A stretch of 64,000 nt of DNA from Verrucomicrobiota bacterium. Lineage in GTDB: Bacteria; Verrucomicrobiota; Verrucomicrobiia; Chthoniobacterales; JAFAMB01. The notes beneath the pieces are model-generated. The model searched no databases, had not been told where the DNA came from, and saw nothing but the letters and a program-made list of their open reading frames with translations. The stretch covers positions 34 to 64,033 of the forward strand of contig JAFAIO010000144.1 in the NCBI GenBank assembly GCA_019236675.1. Reading direction: 5' to 3'. Shown piece after piece: positions 53,024 to 61,545 of the stretch; within the stretch, counting starts at the first letter, position 1, and every line of letters begins with the position of its first letter. The position numbers and the translations under genes were made by a program.

Positions 53024-53959
53024 ATGGAAGCAAGCGACCTAGAACTCCGGCATATCCGCTATTTTGTGGCCACCTCTGAAGCCCTGAGTTTTACTCGAGC
53101 CGCCAGGCAACTGAATGTGTCTCAACCGGCGCTTTCTCATTCGATTTTTCAGTTAGAGGAACGGTTAGGAAATAAGCTCTTCGAACGATCGGTCAAAGGG
53201 ATCCGTCTTACGCCGGCCGGTAAGGTCTTCGAAAAAACCGCTCAGCGAGTGCTTCGCGAAATCAGCGCCGGTGCTCAATTGATAGCCGAATCATCCGGTC
53301 AGATCGCTGGCGAGATCCGACTTGGCTTTGTGAATTCGGTCAATATTTTTTGGCTGCCGATGATGATCGGACGGTTTCTCCAAAAGTATCCGGCGGTCAA
53401 ATTTTCGGTCGAGAGCATCGACATAAGCGAGCTCGAGAGCAGACTTCTTGACGAGAAATTAGACCTAGGCATCGGCTTTTTGGAACGTAAGCGGCAATCG
53501 CTAAAGACTCTCGAACTGTTTGTAGAGAATCTGGTGGTGATCGCTAGCGCAAAGCTGCCGACAAAAAAATTCCGGTCCATGAGTCTGCAAGAGGTAACAA
53601 GTTTTCCACTCGTCCTATTGCGTAGCGGTTTTTGCACCAGAGAAATAATCGATACCGGATTGGACGGCAGAGATTCTCAGCCGAAGATCTTGGCGGAATT
53701 TGACTCGATCGACGCCATCGTATCCTGCGTGCAGGAAGTCGCCGCGATTTCTGTTCTACCCGAACACGCCTGCCGCTGGGAGGCCTACCCCGGAATAAGA
53801 ATAATTCCTCTGAAGGGAGATTGCTGGAAGCGGGCGGTCGGCTTGATCATCCCTCAATTAGCAGCTCCACTCCCGACAGTCTCTTGTTTTGTAGATTTCC
53901 TCAGAAATTCCACTAACACGGCTGCAAAAAACGCCGGATTTTCTTCGGCGATCCAGTGA
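53024..53959 (+). CDS. LysR-family transcriptional regulator.
   Basis: It has an N-terminal wHTH (LRHIRYFVATSEALSFTRAARQLNVSQPALSHSIFQLEERLG). It is divergent from the hydrolase gene. Confidence 0.85.
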   Translation: MEASDLELRHIRYFVATSEALSFTRAARQLNVSQPALSHSIFQLEERLGNKLFERSVKGIRLTPAGKVFEKTAQRVLREISAGAQLIAESSGQIAGEIRLGFVNSVNIFWLPMMIGRFLQKYPAVKFSVESIDISELESRLLDEKLDLGIGFLERKRQSLKTLELFVENLVVIASAKLPTKKFRSMSLQEVTSFPLVLLRSGFCTREIIDTGLDGRDSQPKILAEFDSIDAIVSCVQEVAAISVLPEHACRWEAYPGIRIIPLKGDCWKRAVGLIIPQLAAPLPTVSCFVDFLRNSTNTAAKNAGFSSAIQ

Positions 53960-54774
53960 GCCGTATCCGGAATGCGCACACCGGTAACGTCATTAGCCAC
54001 CTCGCGCATCATCTCCTCTACGCCGCGTCCGGTGTTGCTGATTGATCCGTAGACTGCCAACACCGGCACAGTGAGTTTTCCATTTTGCTTCAGTGCTTCG
54101 CGATTATCGGCAATGTCACGATCGAACGCTCGATAAACCTCGAACCCGGCTCTCATCGCTCCCGGCAAACTATAAGCCGAAACATACACGTCGATGCCCT
54201 CGGCCGTCACCGCCGACGGATCGAAGGTGCGCGCGTTAATGAAAGCCTGGATATACTCCCGCTCACGACCCGCTACTAACATCTCCGGGATATCGCGGGC
54301 GCCATGGAAGGCAAAATGCCAAATCCGCGGATCAGAACGCAGCCGGTCAAATACGGCTGTTCCCGGCAACGGCGCATCCATGACCACCAGATGAGAGACC
54401 TCATCCCGGTAGGTTTGAGTGTACGCATAGGCGACCATCAAACCCAGATCATGTCCCACCATGACCACCGGACCTTCCAGCCGCAGATGTTCCCTTAAAA
54501 GCGCACGGATATCTTTTGCCATCGTCCTTTTGTCGTAGCCATCCAATGGCCGCGACGAATTCCCGGCCCCGCGATAATCCGGAGCGACCACCTGGTAACC
54601 CGGCTCCACCAACAATGGAATCACATGGCGCCACTCCCACCAGGTCTGCGGAAATCCGTGGAGAAGCACAATCGTACGTTCGGCTCGGCCCGCGGTGACA
54701 TAATGAATTCGTAAGCCAGGCTCCAACTCAGCCGTCGCGTGCTTGATCAGGACTTTATTATCTGCCTTAGACAT
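53854..54774 (-). CDS. Alpha/beta hydrolase, epoxide-hydrolase/haloacetate-dehalogenase-like.
   Basis: It has HGFPQTWWEWRHV and the Asp nucleophile elbow GHDLG. Confidence 0.8.
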   Translation of the reverse strand: MSKADNKVLIKHATAELEPGLRIHYVTAGRAERTIVLLHGFPQTWWEWRHVIPLLVEPGYQVVAPDYRGAGNSSRPLDGYDKRTMAKDIRALLREHLRLEGPVVMVGHDLGLMVAYAYTQTYRDEVSHLVVMDAPLPGTAVFDRLRSDPRIWHFAFHGARDIPEMLVAGREREYIQAFINARTFDPSAVTAEGIDVYVSAYSLPGAMRAGFEVYRAFDRDIADNREALKQNGKLTVPVLAVYGSISNTGRGVEEMMREVANDVTGVRIPDTAHWIAEENPAFFAAVLVEFLRKSTKQETVGSGAAN

Positions 54775-54855
54775 ATTTGTTTTGTCTCCATCCTGATGTA
54801 CGAGTTTGTTTAGTACAAATGACTAATTCTTCACCTATAACTTTAGAGTAGCTAC

Positions 54856-55791
54856 ATGTTGAGTTTCGATCGTCTCCGTACCTTGCATGCAGTCGCCGTT
54901 CACGGTTCGGTCAACGCAGCCGCATCTGTTCTCCATGTGACTAACTCTGCGGTTTCTCAGCAGATTGCTAAACTAGAAGAGGAATTAGGAGAGCCGTTGC
55001 TGGAAAGAAACGGTCGTGGCGTAAAGCTGACTGACTCGGCTGCACTTCTAGTCGCGCACACGGAAAGGGTGTTAGCGCTGATGGAACGTGCAGAAGCAGA
55101 GTTCGATGCTCAAAGAGATGCCGTCATTGGCGAGATTACCGTAGCAGTGTTCTCCACGGGCATGCGAGGGCTGGCGCCAAAAGCCCTGCGTCTGCTAACA
55201 ACAGCCCATCCGAAGCTCGGTATAATTCTAAAAGAGCGAGAGCCGCAAACCGCTCTTTCCTGGCTGATCCGAGGACAGGTCGATCTCGTGGTGGCTACCG
55301 ATTGGGAAAACGCGCCCTTGCCTCTGGTTGAAGGTTTGTCGCGTCAACCGCTGCTGGATGATATAGCGGATATCGCAGTGCCGGCTAACCATCGGCTTGC
55401 TTCTCGAAAGGTCGTTGACCTAGATGATCTCGCGCAGGAAAAATGGGTTAGTTGGCACGACGGATCAATCTGCCATGATTGGCTCGTGCATACCCTTCGT
55501 TCGCGCGGCCACGAACTGCTGGTTAGTCACATGGCCGCCGAGCATGCCACCCAACTTGCGTTGGTCGCCGCCGGTCTCGGTATCTGCGTTATCCCTCGTC
55601 TAGGCCGTGATCCTTTGCCGCAACACGTCAAAATCATCGGCGTACGCCCGGCACTAGTGCGCCATGTGTATGCGCTTTGGCGCGAAGAAAGCACACGCCG
55701 CCGGGCCATCGCCGCCGCAGTAGAAGCCTTCCAGACGGCAGCCGATGCTGCTCGCAAGGAAGGAGGAAAACGATGCGCCACCCTGTCTTAG
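54856..55791 (+). CDS. LysR-family transcriptional regulator.
   Basis: LRTLHAVAVHGSVNAAASVLHVTNSAVSQQIAKLEEELG. It is divergent from the hydrolase gene. Confidence 0.85.
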   Translation: MLSFDRLRTLHAVAVHGSVNAAASVLHVTNSAVSQQIAKLEEELGEPLLERNGRGVKLTDSAALLVAHTERVLALMERAEAEFDAQRDAVIGEITVAVFSTGMRGLAPKALRLLTTAHPKLGIILKEREPQTALSWLIRGQVDLVVATDWENAPLPLVEGLSRQPLLDDIADIAVPANHRLASRKVVDLDDLAQEKWVSWHDGSICHDWLVHTLRSRGHELLVSHMAAEHATQLALVAAGLGICVIPRLGRDPLPQHVKIIGVRPALVRHVYALWREESTRRRAIAAAVEAFQTAADAARKEGGKRCATLS

Positions 55792-55836
55792 GCACGGCCT
55801 AGTTTCCACCACGACAGCGTGGCGCCGAAATAAGCC

Positions 55837-55885
55837 TTCCTAGCTCCTGGATTCTGGCTCCTGACTCCTTTTCCCTGAACTCCTC
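55837..55885. repeat. Degenerate heptamer array (CTCCTGG / ATTCTGG / CTCCTGA / CTCCTTT ...), family E.
   Basis: Read directly. It shares ...CTGAACTCCT with 61471-61522. Confidence 0.6.
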
Positions 55886-55893
55886 AGCCCGGC

Positions 55894-56640
55894 TCAGCGC
55901 AGACCGCCGGACGCAATAATTTGCTCGCCTGTCAGCCACTGAGCATCGTCAGAGGCCAAAAAGACCGCGATGGGTGCAATGTCCCAGGCCTGTCCGATTC
56001 TGCCCAAGGGCGTTTGCGCAACCAACGCTTTCTCAAAGTCGGTACCAATAAAGCCGCCGGCATGGGTGCCCTCAGTCTCAACCATTCCGGGATTGATGCT
56101 ATTGACCCGGATTTTCTTAGGACCGAGCTCGCGGGCTAACACTCCGGTGATGGCATCCAGGGCGCCTTTTGTGCCGGTGTAGACGGCCGAGGTTGGCGGG
56201 GTCACTCGACTGGCAGCGGAACCAATATTGATGATGCTACCTCCCTCGCCCAGATGCTTGATGGCGGCTTGAGTCGTCAGAAGCACTCCCAGGACGTTGG
56301 TGTTGAAGATCCGATGGAAGTGTTCCTCGGTGATTGCTTCGATCGGCTGGAATTCGTAAACTCCGGAATTGTTAACCAGGATATCGAGGCGTCCGTAGTT
56401 TTTGACGGCCGCGTGGATGATGCCTTGCGCCTCCGCCGCTTTAGATACGTCGCCTTGTACCGCGACGGCGGTACCGCCGTTTTTTTTGATGGCGGCGACG
56501 ACTTCATCCGCGCCTGCCTTGCTGGAGGCGTAGTTGACGACGACAGAAGCGCCTTCTGCAGCCAAGGCTTTAGCGATACCAGCGCCGATGCCTTTGGAAG
56601 CACCGGTAACAACTGCGACTTTGCCTGTTAACTTACTCAT
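55894..56640 (-). CDS. Short-chain dehydrogenase/reductase (SDR).
   Basis: It has TGASKGIGAGIAKALA and YTGTKGA. The start is the ATG at 56640 (MSKLTGKVAVV). Confidence 0.85.
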   Translation of the reverse strand: MSKLTGKVAVVTGASKGIGAGIAKALAAEGASVVVNYASSKAGADEVVAAIKKNGGTAVAVQGDVSKAAEAQGIIHAAVKNYGRLDILVNNSGVYEFQPIEAITEEHFHRIFNTNVLGVLLTTQAAIKHLGEGGSIINIGSAASRVTPPTSAVYTGTKGALDAITGVLARELGPKKIRVNSINPGMVETEGTHAGGFIGTDFEKALVAQTPLGRIGQAWDIAPIAVFLASDDAQWLTGEQIIASGGLR

Positions 56641-56763
56641 AGGTTTTTGTTTTAGAAGGTTTGAACGAACTTGTTTTAGTTCCTTAGTTCGGAATCTTTG
56701 AACTCTGGTTCCAATAGTATGAACTATTGAACAAGCTGTCAACTCGTTCTATGTTCCCTCGGT

Positions 56764-57138
56764 ATGAGACCTCTGTTTCATCCCCCCATCGAAGACGTTA
56801 CCGTCGAAGGGATCCTGCATGCCCTTTCCGATCCGGTGCGGGTTGCGATTTTCGCCGATCTTGCGACTTCGAGCTGTGCCTATAACTGCTCCAATTTCCT
56901 CAACATCACTGAAAAGAAGATCCCAAAATCCACCCTCTCTCATCACTTCAAAGCTTTGCGCGAAGCCGGCTTGATCCGGGCAGAACGGCGCGGTGTCGAG
57001 ATGCATAACACTTCTCGATGCCAGGAAATCGAAACCCGTTTCCCCGGATTAATTGATGCCATCATCAATGCCCATAAGGTGCAAATCGAGAGCGCCCAGC
57101 GCGCGGGCAAGAAAAGAGCGGCTCGTAAAGGGAAGTAG
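56764..57138 (+). CDS. ArsR/SmtB-type winged-helix regulator.
   Basis: It has LSDPVRVAIFADL and STLSHHFKALREAGLI. It is divergent from the SDR gene. Confidence 0.7.
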   Translation: MRPLFHPPIEDVTVEGILHALSDPVRVAIFADLATSSCAYNCSNFLNITEKKIPKSTLSHHFKALREAGLIRAERRGVEMHNTSRCQEIETRFPGLIDAIINAHKVQIESAQRAGKKRAARKGK

Positions 57139-57279
57139 GCGAGACAAACGGTTAGGGCCGGTTAAGCGCCTGCAAGGCGAACCATCAGATCTCTGATGTA
57201 CTTCCATCAGTTTGATAAAACTCGACAGCGGACTTCGCTGGTCCCATGGCTCGCCCTTTGTAGCGGAGCGACTAGCCGC

Positions 57280-57516
57280 GTAGCGGCGACATATTTGTAG
57301 CCCAGGGCGAGTCTGCGAGCCCTCGCTAAATTGTAAAAAACGTTCAGCGCTGAAGGCGCCCAGGAAGGACGAGCGCCGAACAAAACGACTGCGAATCAGG
57401 GGCACCGTTACCTGCCACGCCGCAAATTTCTGTCGCGCCTACAGCGCTAAACCCCGCTTTTAACGCATACCCAGGGCTCGCAAGTTCGCCCTAGGCTACA
57501 AATATGTCACCGCTGC
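57280..57516. repeat. Repeat family C: inverted arms of about 47 bp flanking a spacer of about 143 bp.
   Basis: GTAGCGGCGACATATTTGTAGCCCAGGGCGAGTCTGCGAGCCCTCGC (57280-57326) matches the reverse complement of 57470-57516 at roughly 40 of 47 positions (my count). Confidence 0.75.
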
Positions 57517-57637
57517 GCGGCAAAGACCCATACCTCTTCCGGGACGACTGAACCTTATCGATCAAACCAATGCGCTTCCTATTCTGAGCATATTCTATCA
57601 ATTACATCATTTTATCTGACCATTTGACATCAATTTC

Positions 57638-57667
57638 ATCTGCGGTTATCTGCGTACATCTGCGGTT
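57638..57667. repeat. Three 10-nt units ATCTGCGGTT / ATCTGCGTAC / ATCTGCGGTT just upstream of the LacI gene (family D motif).
   Basis: Read directly. Confidence 0.7.
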
Positions 57668-57675
57668 AAGATCGT

Positions 57676-58743
57676 ATGTTTGACGAATTTTCCGGAAATC
57701 CTCCAGCATTGGTGAAGCGCCGGGTGACGGTGCGCCAGATCGCCGAGAAAGCCCGCCTGAGCGTGGCCACCGTCGATCGCGTAATCAACGGGCGCACAAC
57801 CGTGCGTCGCGGGACCGCGTTGCGGGTGCAATCGGCTGCCCAAGCGCTTGGCTATCAGTTCACCGTGCCAATCAGGGTCCGGACGGAGGAGGCTCCCGAG
57901 GCAATAAAGTGCGTCTTTCTGCTCCAGAGAAGAGCCTCTTCTTTTTATCAGCACCTCGCTCAAGAGCTGGAGCAAGCCGGTCAACGGGACCCGCTGCCAG
58001 GCGTCCAGGTAGCCATCGAGCATATGGACGACTATTTAGAGCCGGCCAAGGTGGCGGACACATTGCGCACGTTGGGAGAACAGGTACACGCAGTGGCCGT
58101 GGTGGCGACGGAAAGCAACCCGGTCTCCGATGCGATCGACTTTCTTGCGGAACGACAGATCCCAGTGGTAGCCCTGCTCTCTGACCTCTCATCGCCAAGG
58201 CTGGCAGGCTATGCGGGGATCAATAACCGAATGGCCGGCCGGACTGCTGCGTGGGCGATCGCTCGTTGCGCTGATCGACCCGGCAGGCTTGGCGTGTTAA
58301 TCGGTAGCCACGGCTATATCGGCCAAGAAGAACGTGAGATCGGCTTTCGCAGTTATTTCCGCGAAAAAGGAATCGAATTCACAGTGCTCGAACCGGCGGT
58401 CTGCTTGGATGATCCGGAGATCGCTTATAACCAGACACTCGAACTTCTACAGACAACCGGCGACTTGGTTGGAATCTATAATGTTGGCGGCGGGGCCGGC
58501 GGCGTTCTTCGGGCAATCGAGGAAATCAAACCCTCACGAAAACTCGCTTACGTGTGTCACGAGTTAACACCGGTTACTCGAGCCGGTCTCAGCGCGGGCA
58601 CCATCGACCTGGTGTTGGCGCACGATGTACCGGGGTTGGCTCGTTCCACTTTGAAGATGCTTGCTGACCTAAAAAAGACGCCTTCCGCCAGAAAACAATC
58701 CGTGGTCGTTCCCTTCAACATCTACACCAGTGAGAACATTTGA
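57676..58743 (+). CDS. LacI-family transcriptional regulator.
   Basis: It has the HTH VTVRQIAEKARLSVATVDRVINGR and a periplasmic-binding-protein-like core. Confidence 0.85.
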   Translation: MFDEFSGNPPALVKRRVTVRQIAEKARLSVATVDRVINGRTTVRRGTALRVQSAAQALGYQFTVPIRVRTEEAPEAIKCVFLLQRRASSFYQHLAQELEQAGQRDPLPGVQVAIEHMDDYLEPAKVADTLRTLGEQVHAVAVVATESNPVSDAIDFLAERQIPVVALLSDLSSPRLAGYAGINNRMAGRTAAWAIARCADRPGRLGVLIGSHGYIGQEEREIGFRSYFREKGIEFTVLEPAVCLDDPEIAYNQTLELLQTTGDLVGIYNVGGGAGGVLRAIEEIKPSRKLAYVCHELTPVTRAGLSAGTIDLVLAHDVPGLARSTLKMLADLKKTPSARKQSVVVPFNIYTSENI

Positions 58744-58747
58744 CCGG

Positions 58748-58905
58748 GAATGGACGCGAAGAAAACAACAAATCCAACCGCAGATTAACACAGATGCACG
58801 CAGATAGATTTCACGGAGCTGGCTCACCGATTTTGCCATGCCTAATCTGCGTAGATCTGTGTTCGTCTGCGGTTCGCCTTTCCTCGTGTTCCTTAGCGTC
58901 CATTC
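58748..58905. repeat. Nested palindromic REP-like element (family D).
   Basis: The outer arms are GAATGGACGC (58748-58757) and GCGTCCATTC (58896-58905). The inner arms are 58776-58805 (AACCGCAGATTAACACAGATGCACGCAGAT) and 58845-58874 (ATCTGCGTAGATCTGTGTTCGTCTGCGGTT). Confidence 0.75.
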
Positions 58906-58982
58906 GTGTGCATTCGCGGTTACTTTTGCGTTCTTTGCGTTCTTTTGCGGCTATTCCGAATTAATTCCGACGCCTACACCCT

Positions 58983-61265
58983 ATGAGCTCCGAAGCCACA
59001 GCGGTTTTACTGCCTCCGACGAAGTTGGACTACAGTCTGACGGGAGAGAATTCCACTAAAGCCATCGAGCGGGGACTGGCTGAGGCCGACTGGTATCAAT
59101 CCCCGGTTCCGCGCCCTTTAATGCGCCGGCTCTTGGAACGGCGAGATGGTCCCGGCATCCGAGACACCGTTATCTGGTTCGGATTGATTATCGGGTTCGG
59201 TTACTTGACCTGTCGCCTTTGGCCATCTTGGTGGGCCGTTCTTCCTTATCTGATCTACGCAGTTCTTTACGCTTCCACCTCCGATTCGCGCTGGCATGAA
59301 TGCGGACACGGCACGGCGTTTAAGACGGATTGGATGAACAATCTGCTCTACGAGATCGCTTCTTTTATGGTGATGCGCGAATCAACCGTGTGGCGTTGGA
59401 GCCATACCCGGCATCATAGCGACACCATTATCGTTGGCCGTGACCCGGAAATCGCCGTACCTCGACCGGCTGACATCCCACGCGTCATCGGCAGCTTCTT
59501 TAACCTGGGAGTCTATCCCGTCTATTTTCGCCGGATCATCCTGCACAGTGTCGGCAAGACGGCGGCCGACGAGAAGATGTTTATCCCCGAGAGCGAATTT
59601 CCGAAGATCTACACCCGCGCCCGGATTTACGTTGCGATTTACGCAAGCACGATCTTTCTGGCGATCTATACCAGAAGCATTCTTCCGCTTCTGTTAGTCG
59701 GGTTCACTAACCTTTTCGGCACCTGGTTGATGGTCGTTTATGGGCTGACCCAACATGCCGGGCTGGCGGAGAACGTTCTCGACCACCGGCTTAACTGCCG
59801 GACGGTTTACATGAACTTTATCCACCGTTTCCTCTACTGGAATATGAACTATCATGTGGAACACCACATGTTCCCGTTGGTCCCTTATCATGCGGTTCCC
59901 AGGCTGCACGAGGCGGTGAAAGAGGACATGCCAAAGCCTTACCCCGGCCTGTTAGCAACCTACAGGGAGATCATTCCTGCGCTCCTTCGTCAGGCCAAGG
60001 ACGCGGCTTACCATGTAAAGCGCGTCTTGCCTGAACCGAAACCGCGGCTGAATGAAGGCGCTTACCTATCGGAAGCGAGGCCGGACCCTGCAGGTTGGTT
60101 AGAAGTCGGTCCTGCCGCTGACCTGGCGCCGGCAGAAGTGATCCGATTCGAGAACCGGCAGAAGACCTATGCCATTGTCCGGGATGAACATGGCAAACTC
60201 TACGCCATGGACGGTATCTGCACTCACGGCAACACCCACTTGGCAGACGGCCTGGTAAAAGGGAACATCATTGAATGTCCAAAGCATAACGGCCGCTTTA
60301 ATCTGGAGGACGGTTCTCCTGCGCGTGCCCCCATCTGTCGCGGTATCGCCACCTATCCTGTGCAAGAACGCGATGGCCGCCTGTTCTTAAACGTTACTCG
60401 GCCCGGCGGCGCCGGTGCGCGAGCACAAAAAACTCTGCAGCTGCGCGTGGTTAGCAACCGCAGCGTTGCTACCTTTATTAAAGAGCTTGTGCTTGAACCT
60501 ATCGACAGCTCAGAGCCAGTGGAATTTACGCCCGGCGATTATATTCAGCTTGATATCCCCTCTTACGAAAATATCCGGTTTCGTGAATTCGATATCCCGG
60601 AGCCCTATGCGGCGGTTTGGGAGCGTCAGCATGTATTTGACTTGGTTGCTCGCAACGCGGAGACAGGCCGGCGCAACAATTACTCGTTAGCGAGCAACCG
60701 GCAGACCGAACGAACATTACGGTTCAATGTTCGTATCGCCACTCCACCGCCAGGCCAAGATTGTCCGCCGGGCGTCGGGTCAGCATACGTCTTCAATCTC
60801 AAGCCGGGCGACACCCTTACGGCGATTGGTCCGTTCGGCGATTTCCACATCAAACCTACTTTACGAGAAATGGTCTACATCGGCCGGGGATCCGGTATGG
60901 CGCCTTTACGTGCCCATATTTCGCATCTGTTTGAAACCGAGCATACCCATCGCAAAGTCAGTTTTTGGTATGGGGCCCGTTCGGGACAGGAAATCTTTTA
61001 CCAAGATTATTTTCGACAAATCGAGGCCGCGCACGCGAACTTCAAGTTCCATCTAGCACTGTCGACCCCGCTTCCAGAAGACAATTGGACAGGGTTAACC
61101 GGTGTTATTCACGAAGTTGTCTTACAACATTATCTTCGCGATCATCCCGACCCCGCTTCAGTCGAATATTATCTTTGCGGGCCGCCGATGATGATTAAAG
61201 GGGTCAAGAAAATGCTGGCTGAGCTTGGCGTTCCTCCGACTCAAATCGCCTTTGATGAGTTTTGA
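58983..61265 (+). CDS. Three-module fusion: a membrane fatty-acid-desaturase/AlkB-like di-iron domain, a Rieske [2Fe-2S] domain and an NqrF-like FAD/NAD(P)H reductase domain.
   Basis: The His boxes are HECGH, HTRHH and HVEHH, with N-terminal TM helices. The Rieske motifs are CTHGNTHL and CPKHNGRF. The reductase motifs are RNNYSLAS, GRGSGMAPLRAHI, WYGARS and YYLCGPPMM. Confidence 0.85.
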   Translation: MSSEATAVLLPPTKLDYSLTGENSTKAIERGLAEADWYQSPVPRPLMRRLLERRDGPGIRDTVIWFGLIIGFGYLTCRLWPSWWAVLPYLIYAVLYASTSDSRWHECGHGTAFKTDWMNNLLYEIASFMVMRESTVWRWSHTRHHSDTIIVGRDPEIAVPRPADIPRVIGSFFNLGVYPVYFRRIILHSVGKTAADEKMFIPESEFPKIYTRARIYVAIYASTIFLAIYTRSILPLLLVGFTNLFGTWLMVVYGLTQHAGLAENVLDHRLNCRTVYMNFIHRFLYWNMNYHVEHHMFPLVPYHAVPRLHEAVKEDMPKPYPGLLATYREIIPALLRQAKDAAYHVKRVLPEPKPRLNEGAYLSEARPDPAGWLEVGPAADLAPAEVIRFENRQKTYAIVRDEHGKLYAMDGICTHGNTHLADGLVKGNIIECPKHNGRFNLEDGSPARAPICRGIATYPVQERDGRLFLNVTRPGGAGARAQKTLQLRVVSNRSVATFIKELVLEPIDSSEPVEFTPGDYIQLDIPSYENIRFREFDIPEPYAAVWERQHVFDLVARNAETGRRNNYSLASNRQTERTLRFNVRIATPPPGQDCPPGVGSAYVFNLKPGDTLTAIGPFGDFHIKPTLREMVYIGRGSGMAPLRAHISHLFETEHTHRKVSFWYGARSGQEIFYQDYFRQIEAAHANFKFHLALSTPLPEDNWTGLTGVIHEVVLQHYLRDHPDPASVEYYLCGPPMMIKGVKKMLAELGVPPTQIAFDEF

Positions 61266-61388
61266 CGCAGACGTGACGCGCCGGTGTATGAGCGTCTAAG
61301 CGGGGGAAACGTTATCAGCGCTGCTGCCGGATGGGACTTATGGGACCAATAGGACTTATGTGCCAGGCAGTTTGAATAGCATTCTCTA

Positions 61389-61424
61389 CCGATTACTGAC
61401 GCACTGATTACTGATTACTGATTA
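61389..61424. repeat. Heptamer array: (CTGATTA) x3 perfect copies preceded by two degenerate units.
   Basis: Read directly. The perfect copies are at 61404-61424. Confidence 0.85.
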
Positions 61425-61470
61425 CTTTCGAAAGGACGCCCGACCAAAGTTAGGCACGGCGACCCAGCAC

Positions 61471-61522
61471 CTCCTAGCTCCTAGCTCCCGGCTCCTAGCT
61501 CCTCTTCTTGAACTCCTTTCTC
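61471..61522. repeat. Heptamer array (CTCCTAG x3 plus variants) with a TTCTTGAACTCCTT core; left inverted repeat of family E.
   Basis: Read directly. The 14-nt core at 61505-61518 is the exact reverse complement of 62058-62071. Confidence 0.8.
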
Positions 61523-61545
61523 CTTTCCGCTAGCCTCGGTGCCCA

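Noticed and set aside
57049-57405. The 118-aa minus-strand ORF between the ArsR and LacI genes.
   Set aside because: It reads through the family C inverted-repeat element and overlaps the 3' end of the ArsR-type gene. It has no motifs.
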